NCBI RefSeq assembly: GCF_006345805.1
Contig: NW_021824862.1
Location: forward strand, 1-17,532
Direction of reading: 5' to 3'
DNA from: Octopus sinensis
Lineage: Eukaryota
Length of the DNA: 17,532 nt
In this document: piece by piece, positions 1-8,224 of the stretch
How positions within the stretch are numbered: position 1 is the stretch's first letter
Layout of the letters: every line of letters starts with the position of its first letter
Made by a program: the position numbers and the translations under genes
The notes under the pieces: model-generated
What the model saw: only the letters and a program-made list of their open reading frames with translations
Database searches by the model: none
Told to the model about the DNA's origin: nothing

Positions 1-98
1 TATATATAATAAATTTGTTGAAATTGGATTTTAGTATTTCTAAATTGAATATTTCCCTGAAGTTTGGAATAATATTCCCTCATATTATCATATTATAT

Positions 99-110
99 TA
101 TGTATGTATG

Positions 111-146
<36 letters not shown>
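99..146. repeat. (TATG)n + (TA)n compound microsatellite
   Basis: Directly visible simple repeat immediately upstream of the RTE fragment. Confidence 0.95.
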
Positions 147-147
<1 letters not shown>

Positions 148-149
<2 letters not shown>

Positions 150-704
150 CCTAGATGACCAAGTCAGTAGTGGTGCATTGAAAGTGTAGCTGCTAGAATA
201 AGAATAGCCAGGGCAAAGTTCAGAGAGCTCTTACCTCTGCTGGTGACAAAGTAAAATGTAGTCTGTATGACACATGGACACATGTGTACAAACATCCACG
301 CCACATGGCAGTGAAACATGGGCCATGACTGCTGAGGACAAGCGTAAGCTCGCAAGGAATGAAGCCAGTATGCTCCGATGGATATGTAATGTCAGTGTGC
401 TTTACAGAGTGTAAGTACCTTGAGAGAAATGTTAGACCTAAGAAGCATTGGATGTGGTGTGCAGGAGAGATGACAGTGCTGGTATGGTCATGTGGTGAGA
501 TTGGTTGAGGATAGCTGTGTGAAAAAGTGCTACGACCTAGCGGTTGAGGGAACTTGTGAAAGAGGTAGACCCAGGAAGACCTGGGATGAGGTGGTGAAGC
601 ATGACCTCCGAACATTAGGCCTGACCGAAGCAATGACTAGTGACCGGGACCTTTGGAAATATGCAGTGCATGAGAAGACCTGGCAAGATCAAGTGAGATC
701 ATAA
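148..704 (+). pseudogene. RTE-clade LINE ORF2 C-terminal fragment (5'-truncated, frameshifted)
   Basis: Stitched frames read YLDDQVSSG (RT YLG motif) ... VAARIRIARAKFRELLPLLVTK ... HGSETWAMTAEDKRKLARNEASMLRWICNV ... WYGHVVRLVEDSCVKKC ... EGTCERGRPRKTWDEVVKHDL. This is the characteristic RTE post-RT tail (ETW, W.GHV.R, RGRP..TW). Confidence 0.9.
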
Positions 705-1110
705 CCTCATGGCCTATGTCAGGGTGTAACCAGCCCACCTATGCATACCTTTCCTTCATTGGACACTAAACTCTGCTTGCAAAGACTTGTTGAGTGAAAT
801 TGAAATCAAATCAAATTCAATGACTGGCACCTGTGCCAGAGGAGCGCTAAGAGCACCATCTGAGCATGATTGTTGCCAGAGCAGCTGACTGGCTTCCATG
901 CCAGTGGCACATAAAAATGTCAGTGGCACGCGAAAAACATTCGAGCGAGGTCATTACCAGTAGCGCTGGACTGGCTCCTGTGCAGGTGGCAATTAAAAAA
1001 CACCATTTGAGCGTGACCGTTGCCAGTACCGCCTGACTGGCATTTATGCTGGTGGCACATAAAAACACCCACTACACTCTCAGAGTGGTTGGCGTTAGGA
1101 ATGGCATCAG
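705..1110 (+). mobile_element. Probable 3' UTR of the RTE element, containing a degenerate ~65-bp tandem repeat
   Basis: Contiguous with the RTE stop. Repeat units start at 821, 886, 968 and 1034 (tgactggc...tgcc.gtggcac.taaaaa.cacca...gagc.tg.cgttgccag). Truncated at GTTAGGAATGGCATCAGC. Confidence 0.7.
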
Positions 1111-1111
1111 C

Positions 1112-1258
1112 TTTCTGGATTCCTTTCTGTTGAAGAGCTTAGGCTTGAAACATAAGACTTTCTCACCTTCCTGAGTGTTAAACTAATAGACCTGCTTGTT
1201 CTTTATACACCTGTCTTCGTCTTTTGTTTTTCTGTAAATTTCAACTATATATATATAT
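1112..1258 (+). mobile_element. Hammerhead-bearing dispersed repeat (Penelope-like/retrozyme-type terminal fragment), copy 1
   Basis: Clearly homologous to 4410-4550 (attcctttctgttgaagagc.taggcttgaaac...ctgtcttcgt...aaatttcaac(TA)n). Penelope-like assignment is inferred from the hammerhead-like motif. Confidence 0.6.
1123..1158 (+). ncRNA. Degenerate minimal type I hammerhead-like motif (HH1)
   Basis: CTTT-CTGTTGA-A-GAGC(TTAG)GCTT-GAAA-CAT-A-AGAC. The core has A6>U, the ACGT palindrome is mutated to ACAT and the stem I 3' arm is shortened. Confidence 0.35.
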
Positions 1259-1294
1259 ATATGTATATATGTGTGTGTGTGTGCGTGTGTGTAA

Positions 1295-1500
1295 CCATCA
1301 TTGGCGATTTTTTTTTTTCCTCTGTCTTCCTTTTCTATTGGACTTTACTCTGTTTCTGAAGAAGAGCTTTGCTCGAAACATTAAACCACCTTTCTTTCCT
1401 TCCCTAAGCATCTGCTAATACTTTTCATATCCAACATCCTTGTGTTGTTTTTTTTTGTGTTTGATCTTCGTTTTTTTTTTTGTCATTTATATATATATAT
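1295..1500 (+). mobile_element. Second, divergent hammerhead-bearing repeat ending in (TA)n
   Basis: Same architecture as 1112-1258: motif, about 100 nt of T-rich tail with tcttcgttttt, then (TA)n. Primary sequence differs. Confidence 0.5.
1352..1386 (+). ncRNA. Minimal type I hammerhead-like motif (HH2)
   Basis: GTTT-CTGAAGA-A-GAGC(TTT)GCTC-GAAA-CAT-T-AAAC: canonical CUGANGA and GAAA, perfect stem II, stem I GTTT/AAAC. Confidence 0.55.
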
Positions 1501-2051
1501 TGTATATGCTGACGTCTTTTGAATGAGTACAAAAACTTGATCTCGCAAAATGCTTGCAGAAAGTAAGACAGGCACTTTACAAATTACAAATACAGGAATG
1601 ACTGGAATTTAGGAATGTGACCTGAATAACATTTGAAGATGTGTGTGTGTGTGTGTTTTGTCAATCAATGACCCAATGATTTATGACTGAAAAATCTTAC
1701 AGAAATATATAGCAGTTTGATGAAACTCTGAGTAATGATGTTACCAGTCCTGGAGACTATATAAAATGATATAAGTTGTCAAAGAAAGGGATTCGAACAA
1801 AAACTCCTCAGGACAAAATTTTTTGTGGGGCAAACCCACCTGATGAAGAATGTTTGGGCAAATAGTTTTTCAGTGAATTTTAAGTAATTTTCAAGTAATG
1901 CAAAATATTAATTATGCAAAATGTTAATTATGCTAATAGTGAATTATAAATTTGCTTTGCAACTATAGATGCAGGGTTACCAATTCCATAGAAAGTCGCA
2001 TAAGATATTGAAAAATAGTCAACTGCATTAAAAAGTAGAGAGCAAATAATG

Positions 2052-2160
2052 TGTACACACACACACACACACACACATACACAAACACACACATACATGC
2101 AAACACACACACACATGCATACACACATACACACAAACAGACACATACATGCACACATAA
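2052..2160. repeat. Degenerate (CA)n microsatellite
   Basis: Directly visible. Confidence 0.9.
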
Positions 2161-2395
2161 GTGTATAAGTGTATTCCAGAAGTTTTGAGACATTTTCAGG
2201 TGAGACATTTATTAATTTCAAAGCGGCTGAATTCCTTTCGAGTGTTCAAGCAGTGTTTAGTAAGGTATGTTCAAAATCTCCTTCAATCTAGAATAGCAAA
2301 AAGGTGGCAGGTCAGCTTATTAGATGAATAGTTATGATATACTAAAATTACAATAATCCTGGACCATAATAACTGCCTCTCCGGAAATGTCTTAC

Positions 2396-2520
<125 letters not shown>

Positions 2521-2655
2521 GTTAGGAAGGGCATCCAGCCATAGAAACACTGCCAGATCAGACTGGGCCTGATGCAGCCTTCTGGCTTCACACAACCCAG
2601 TTGAACCGTCCAACCCATGCTAGCATGGAAAGCAGACGCTAAATGATGATGATGA
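2521..2655 (+). mobile_element. 3' terminal tail of an RTE-associated retroelement ending in (TGA)n
   Basis: Starts GTTAGGAAGGGCATCCAGCC, the motif at which 705-1110 stops. Ends ccatgctagcatggaaagcagacgctaaaTGATGATGATGAT, a trinucleotide tail typical of RTE elements. Confidence 0.65.
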
Positions 2656-2697
2656 TATATATATATATGCATATAAATATGTATATATCTATGTATC

Positions 2698-2935
2698 TTT
2701 TATCTTTTACTTGTTTCAGTCTTTAGACTGCGGCCATGCTGGGGCACTGCCTTGAAGAATTTTAGTCAAACAAAACGACCCCAGTACTTTTTACTTTTTT
2801 TCTTTCTTTTTTTAAGCCAGGCACTTATTCTATCAGTCTCTTTTGTTACACTGCTAAGTTACAAACATATGAACACACCAACTCTAGTTACCAAGCCGTG
2901 GAAGAAGACAAACACACACACACACACACACACGT
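2698..2935 (-). mobile_element. SINE family A, 3' module (A2), diverged
   Basis: Reverse complement of the gaccgatagaataagt...cagcatggccgcagtc...actgaaacaagtaaaag module seen at 12260-12458 and 17260-17465. Confidence 0.8.
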
Positions 2936-3545
2936 GCACTCAGACACACACACATATGTGTATGTATATGTGTGTGTATATAAGTGTGTGTGAATCATGA
3001 ACATATTCTGCTAAATAGCAAAGAAAAAAAAAACCCAAAAAACCCCCAATAACAAATCAATTGCTTTCCTTTCATCTCTTATTGTGGACTCTCATTTGAG
3101 AGGTGGTGGTCATTGACTGTCCCTATTGACAGTGAGGTTTCCTGTATTTAACTTTCTGTCAATGCCCTCTGTGGTTGGAAAGGATGTCGTAGGTCCTGTC
3201 AGGGTAAAAATTCATTCTGAAAATAACTCATCAATGACTGAGTTTGGAAATTGATTAGCTTTACACACAGTTACTAGGAAAATATTTATGTCCACTCTTT
3301 GTAAAGAATGTCCACTCATAAACAATGTGTTGTCAAGTACCATAGAGTCACAGTTTGTGCTTTATATATTATGTGTTTGTATTTACAAGGAACTAAATCC
3401 GGTTGAAATAATAAACATTTATGATAAGAGTGATGTATTTCAAGATAATTGTTTTGATTCTTCAGGAAAAAAGAACTTTTGAGGAAATGCAAAAAAAAAA
3501 CAACAACAAAAAAAAGCTAGGATAAAAGTAACTTTTAAAATAAGA

Positions 3546-3745
3546 AGTATTGAAATTTCGTTTTTGGATTTGGTTTGTAAGATTCTTTATGTGAGTTCGT
3601 GTGTTGGAGCATATTTTGTTGTGTTTGGGTAGAGTCATTCTCTTTTGGTGCCTTATAATTTTACACACTCACTGGTAAAGTTTCCACTTATTTCTTTTAT
3701 ATTTTTCTAAACTTTTCATTGCATCTTACAACCTTTTCAATAGTT
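3546..3745. repeat. Unclassified dispersed repeat D, copy 1
   Basis: Shares ttgttgtgt.tggg.agagtcattctcttt..gtgcct...acacactcac.ggtaaagtttccact with 15376-15490. Confidence 0.75.
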
Positions 3746-3829
3746 TTAACTCTGTCTGTTACTCACACTATGTTCCTTTTTGTTTGTTTGTGTGCTTGTG
3801 TGTATCTGTATGTGTGTGCCTATACCTGC

Positions 3830-3888
3830 ATGTATGTATGTATGTATGTATGTATGTATGTATGTATGTATGTATGTATGTATGTATG
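3830..3888. repeat. (TATG)n microsatellite
   Basis: Directly visible. Confidence 0.95.
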
Positions 3889-4039
3889 TGTGTGTGTTTA
3901 GGTATGTATGTGTGTGCATATGTTTCTATATATGTGTGTACATTTGTATGTATGTATTCTGCATATTCATCTCTGTGTACACACATACATATACACACAC
4001 ACACACACACACATGCACATACATAAAAACACACAAACA

Positions 4040-4342
4040 CGGTGCTTTTACCTGGCACAAAGCCAAACTGCATCTCACCAAGACTCACTCTCCCTAATTA
4101 GTTGATCTATGGCCCTCTCCATAACTTTCATCACCTGATCCAACAATTTGATAGCCCTGTTATTATTTCTATCTAAGGTGTCACCTCTACCTTTGTAGCA
4201 GTTGACTATGGTACTGTTACACAAGTCATTGGGCATGACTCCTTCGTGTACGATCTGATTAACTATAAGAGTGACTACACCATAACCAACACCACCAGAT
4301 ATTTTAAGCATCTCAGTGGCGATTCCTGATGGGCCGGGGGGC
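4040..4342 (-). pseudogene. RTE-clade reverse transcriptase N-terminal fragment
   Basis: PGPSGIATEMLK...IPNDW-like MPNDLCNSTIVNCYKGRGDTLDRNNNRAIKLLDQVMKVMER, then frameshift to SLGEMQFGFVPGKST. These match the non-LTR RT motifs K.PG.D, YK.KG...NYR.I.LL and QFGF..G.ST. Confidence 0.9.
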
Positions 4343-4351
4343 ATATATATA

Positions 4352-4560
4352 TATTCACCATGCTGGACTGTTGAACTCTAAATGGTTTTTTTCATTCCCT
4401 GTCTATTTCCTCTTATTCCTTTCTGTTGAAGAGCATAGGCTTGAAACGTAAAAGACTTTTTCATTTTTCTTGAGTGTCAAACAAATACACTTGCTTTTGT
4501 TCATACAACTGTCTTCGTTTTTTAGTTTTTCTATAAATTTCAACTATATACATATATATG
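4352..4560 (+). mobile_element. Hammerhead-bearing dispersed repeat, copy 2 (longer 5' part, TA tracts on both sides)
   Basis: Homologous to 1112-1258. Confidence 0.6.
4419..4454 (+). ncRNA. Minimal type I hammerhead-like motif (HH3)
   Basis: CTTT-CTGTTGA-A-GAGC(ATAG)GCTT-GAAA-CGT-A-AAAG: stem I CTTT/AAAG, palindromic ACGT retained, core has A6>U. Confidence 0.5.
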
Positions 4561-4570
4561 TATATATTTA

Positions 4571-4770
4571 TGTGTCTCTGTTTGTTCCCCTACTGTCACT
4601 TAACAACTGATGTTGGTGTGTCCCCATAACTTAGCAGTTCGGCAAAAGAGACCGATAGAATACGTACTAGGCTTACAAAGACTAAGTGCTGGGGTCGATT
4701 TACTTGACTAAAGGCAGTGCTCCAGCATGGCCACAGTCAAATGACTGAAACAAGTAAAAGTATAAAGGAA
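4571..4770 (+). mobile_element. SINE family A, 3' module (A2) without its head
   Basis: cagttcggcaaaagagaccgatagaatacgtactaggcttacaaag...ctccagcatggccacagtcaaatgactgaaacaagtaaaag matches the other copies. Confidence 0.85.
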
Positions 4771-4961
4771 TATTACTAAGTTCTTACAGTTTCTAGCTGG
4801 TGTTAATCATATGCAGCACTATTTCATTCTTTTTAGAAATCATCAGTATGGTTTCGCCTCTGACACAGTGATTAAACATTTTATGCTGTGAGAGGCATTT
4901 CATTACAGAAAGAGATAACTGCTGTTAGAGGAAATATATAGAATTCTTTCCACATCCATTC

Positions 4962-5068
4962 TACAGATTCAGGTTCAATTCCAGGGCGCAGTTACTTTGG
5001 CAAATGTTTTCGTTTATGACTTGAGAATGACCAAAGTCTCTAATGGAATTTAGTGGATGGGAAAACGT
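4962..5068 (+). mobile_element. Highly diverged SINE A1 head remnant
   Basis: caggttcaattcc...ctttggcaaatgttttc...gaccaaagtc...gaatttagtggatgggaaaac aligns loosely with the A1 copies. Confidence 0.45.
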
Positions 5069-5321
5069 TGGTAATACATCGTTTCTGTAATTGGCTGATA
5101 GATTTAATTTGATGCCTGGTAAAATACTGTCACTTGATCTTTGAATATATTTATAATAGTGAGTTTATTGTACACAATGCTCAGGTACACTACAGCCTGT
5201 TTGCAAAGGTGAAAAGAGGAGGCCAAAAGCAGATACATAAAATTCTAGTAAAAAAAAAAAAGAGCAATGAAAGCTAAAAATACATACACATTACACAAAA
5301 AGACAGAAAAGTGATTCTATA

Positions 5322-5490
5322 GGTGCAGGAGTGGCTGTGTGATAAGTATCTTGCTTACCAACCACATGGTTCCGGGTTCAGTCCCACTGCATAGAACCTT
5401 GGGCAAGTGTCTTCTTGTAGCCTCAGGCTGACCAAAGCCTTGTGAGTGGATTTGGTAGACTGAAACTGAAAGAAGCCCGTCGTATATATG
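5322..5490 (+). mobile_element. SINE family A, tRNA-derived head + CORE-like region (A1)
   Basis: A-box-like TGGCTGTGTG, B-box-like GGTTCAGTCCC, CORE-like ccttgggcaagtgtctt, ending gaaactgaaagaagcccgtcg(TA)n. Confidence 0.85.
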
Positions 5491-5498
5491 TATATATA

Positions 5499-5922
5499 TA
5501 TATATATATAAAACTGAGAATGTGTGTCTGTCTGTGTGTTTCCCTAAAACTTGAGAACTACACAACCAATTTCATTCAAATTTTACACATGCCTTACTTA
5601 GAGTCCATGTAGTTTCATGGGCAAAAAAAATGTTTAACTTCTTGCCTTGAACGAGCCCGTAGGCTGGATTGTAGCCACACTTCTATACAAGAGGGAGGAC
5701 AAGATACAATTGATCGAAATTACAAGAGACGGGCTAACAATTCCAGTCTATTATATATTTTGAGTATTGTTATCACTAGCGATATCAAGATATAACTTTG
5801 TATTTTGTATTTTATGTGTAGATGTATATATATATAGATGTACATGTAATATGTACACATATATATACACATATATACATGCACTAGCACTATGACCCGG
5901 CAACGACGGGTTTTTAATGCTA

Positions 5923-5924
<2 letters not shown>
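5499..5924 (+). mobile_element. Non-autonomous Helitron-like element
   Basis: 5' tatatataaaactgagaatgtgtgtctgtctgt...aactacacaaccaatttcattcaaattttacac resembles invertebrate mini-Helitrons. 3' GC hairpin ACCCG-gcaacga-CGGGT (5895-5911) followed by CTAG|T (5920-5924). Confidence 0.65.
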
Positions 5925-5951
<27 letters not shown>

Positions 5952-5957
<6 letters not shown>

Positions 5958-6130
5958 CAAAATGGGACAAGAACGCAAAACATCCAAATAGACGAAACAA
6001 AAAACACGGACGGGTTATTCGAAGCCTTTAATCTTCAGTCAAGAACCAGATCATCCTCGCAATTTCGGTTGATTAACCTTGAGATTACTCCAATCTGGCC
6101 AGCCCCAAGGAAAAAACTAAGCCAAGAGCA
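5952..6130. repeat. Unclassified element fragment flanked by (TA)n on both sides
   Basis: Complex sequence between two TA tracts inside the interrupted SINE A. Family not determinable from this window. Confidence 0.45.
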
Positions 6131-6154
6131 TTATATATATATATGTATGTATTT

Positions 6155-6366
6155 TTTGTGTCGGTGTTTGTCATTTCACCATCGCTTGACAACCAATGCT
6201 GGCGTGTTTATGTACCCGAAACTTAGTGGTTCAGCAAAAGAGACCGATAGAATAAGTACGAGGCTTACAAAGAATAAGTCCTGGAGTCAATTCGTTCGAC
6301 TAAAAGTGGTGCTCCAGCATGGCCAAAGTCAAAATGACTGAAAGAAGTAAAACAGTATTAAAAGAG
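6155..6366 (+). mobile_element. SINE family A, 3' module (A2); probable partner of head 5322-5490
   Basis: Same orientation and order as the intact A1-microsatellite-A2 copies at 12066-12458 and 17018-17465. Confidence 0.8.
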
Positions 6367-6394
6367 CCATGAAGAAGGCAGGATGTTTAGATAC

Positions 6395-6560
6395 GCAGAT
6401 CAGGATAGTGATGGCAAGTTCCAGAAAGCATGGGATTTTTTAAGACTACAGTGTCCCTGGCAACTATCAACTGACATGGCTAGCTTATTCCATGCTTTGA
6501 ACGTGAAAAAAATCCTTCCAAAAGTCATTTGCTGGAGTTTCTCCAAAATCTTCATCCCTT
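6395..6560 (-). pseudogene. Degenerate 3' end of a CR1-type LINE ORF2
   Basis: Minus strand reads DF(G)R.FF(T)...AWNKL..SV.SC.., resembling the CR1 terminal RK.FF..RV...WN.LP..VV motif. Confidence 0.55.
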
Positions 6561-6624
6561 TCCTCACCCTTGTCATGGACGCTCTGAAAGGGATTAAATA
6601 TCCTTCCTCATCCTTCAACTAAGC

Positions 6625-6816
6625 CAGTGATTCTCAACCAGGGTCCATATGACTTTTGGGAGTCCGTAAAAGATTTTGTTAAAATTTATCTGCAATAAAA
6701 CTGGTTATGCTTCTACAACACACAAACTATTTCAGCAATTATGCAATTCCTAACAATATTCCAGTAGAACAGGAATTGAAAGGATTGAATAGGCAAAAAA
6801 TGGTTAAGAAACATTG
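6625..6816. mobile_element. hAT (Charlie-like) MITE, ~190 bp
   Basis: Left TIR CAGTGATTCTCAACC (6625-6639); right GGTTAAGAAACATTG (6802-6816, 3 mismatches); flanking 8-mers AACTAAGC/ACCTAAGT (6/8 match) consistent with an 8-bp TSD. Confidence 0.75.
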
Positions 6817-6900
6817 ACCTAAGTTATAAATAAAAGAGAGAAAAACCAAGATGTAATCAAACTACAGTTCTATATTTAAATATCTGTCAAATGTAAATCT

Positions 6901-7243
6901 GAGATCCACTTTGGTCACGACACAGACCATGGGATTGCACCTAGGAAGTTGTTACCCTCCAAGGAACAAGTCCAGGCGAGGTTGTTTATGGAAGACCAGC
7001 AGCCGCCCATGCATACCAGCCTCCCCTCTCCACGCCACCAGTGTTATCCAAGGGAAAAGCAAAGGGGCCGATACAGCTTGGCACTTGTGACGTCGCAACT
7101 CATTTCTACAGCTGTGTGAACTGGAGCAACGTAAAATAAAGTGTCTTGCTCAAGAACACAACACACAGCTCGGTCCGGGATTCGAGCTCACAATCTCATG
7201 ATCGTAAGCTCGACGCTCTAACCACTAAGCCATGCGCATTCAC
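6901..7243 (-). mobile_element. tRNA-derived CORE-type SINE (family E), near full length
   Basis: Minus strand: TGGCTTAGTGGTTAGAGCG (A box), GAGCTCGAATCCCGG (B box), then gtgttgtgttcttgagcaagacacttt...ctccagttcacacagctgtagaaatgagt (CORE-like) and a distinct 3' body. Confidence 0.8.
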
Positions 7244-7656
7244 CAAATATAAATAATGCAATCAAAATAATGTGTTACATATATATTCATCTATTCCACA
7301 AAATATTGGCCATATGAATTGGCAAGGGTGCAGTTTACGAAGGGATTCATCTTACTCTGTTGAGAACCCAACCCATGTTTAATAAATTCCAGCTCGTAAA
7401 CAAACACCCGGCTGACATTTGTAATCAATGACGCCACAAGGGAGTTTTCTTCTATGCAGTAACTTGACCGGGTCAAAGGAACACCCAGCATAAATAGGTT
7501 CAGGCCAACGTACTAGTGTCTATTCAATGCGGGGAAATCCACATCTGAAATCCCAAACAACATGACAACGATTATAAATTGTCATTGTATCTGAACAATG
7601 GGTGCTAGATTCTTGTTTCTTCTCAAACTGGAATTATCCAACAGTAAATATATAAG

Positions 7657-7900
7657 GTGGAAATGCTTAGCATAGTGGTCAGGGTATTGAACTCACAATT
7701 GCCAGGTCATGCGTTTGATTCCTGAACTGGGTGGCATGTTGTTGACCAAAACATTTTGTGTTGTCTAATTGGATAAACCGGTGATGAAATAGCCTTCCGA
7801 CCATGTTGGCCAGCTTGCCAAGCCAGCAGGATGGCATCATATGAAAGGTAGAACAATGCAAAGTGCATTGTGATCAGTGATATATAACAACATCTGATAG
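7657..7900 (+). mobile_element. Old tRNA-derived SINE (family F)
   Basis: Degenerate head TAGCATAGTGGTCAGGG...GTTTGATTCCTG, followed by body and tail. Confidence 0.5.
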
Positions 7901-7961
7901 TTTAATTGATACTGTGATACCAAGAAATATATAAGGAGACGATAGATTGGTAGAAGTGATT

Positions 7962-8146
7962 CTTTACATTCTGAGTTCAAACCCTACCAAGATCTATTTT
8001 ATTTTTCATCCTTTTGGGGTTGCTAAAGCTGTACCATTCCAAGTCGGTGGTTTGGTGGGAATGTTAGAGAGTTGAGTGAGATATTTTGTGGTATTTGTCC
8101 TGGTGACAACACTGATGTATCAATCCAAGTCTGACTTTGCCTTTGA
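7962..8146 (+). mobile_element. Two degenerate fragments of SINE family C
   Basis: ttctgagttcaaaccc...tttcatccttttggggt and gtctgactttgcctttga match the reverse complement of 13560-13630. Confidence 0.45.
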
Positions 8147-8224
8147 TAAGCATCAGTGGCTTGGAAAATGGACCCTTGCATTAAAATTTAATAGAATCTA
8201 CCGACAGAATTTAATTTCTTCTAT

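Noticed and set aside
220-633. 137-aa minus-strand ORF
   Set aside because: Antisense of the RTE fragment.
821-1075. CRISPR-like repeat array
   Set aside because: Eukaryotic context, degenerate contiguous units and no unique spacers.
3060-3260. Possible minus-strand terminal exon (GPTTSFPTTEGIDRKLNTGNLTVNRDSQ*)
   Set aside because: Short, no recognisable homology, and the acceptor is ambiguous.
3711-3745. Minus-strand hairpin + GAAA in repeat D (CTATTGA-AAAG-GTTGT..GCAAT-GAAA) as a fourth hammerhead
   Set aside because: The core deviates at two positions with a 4-nt insertion, and no stem I/III or NUH site is evident.
6010-6110. CTGAAGA on the minus strand as a hammerhead core
   Set aside because: No stem II followed by GAAA.
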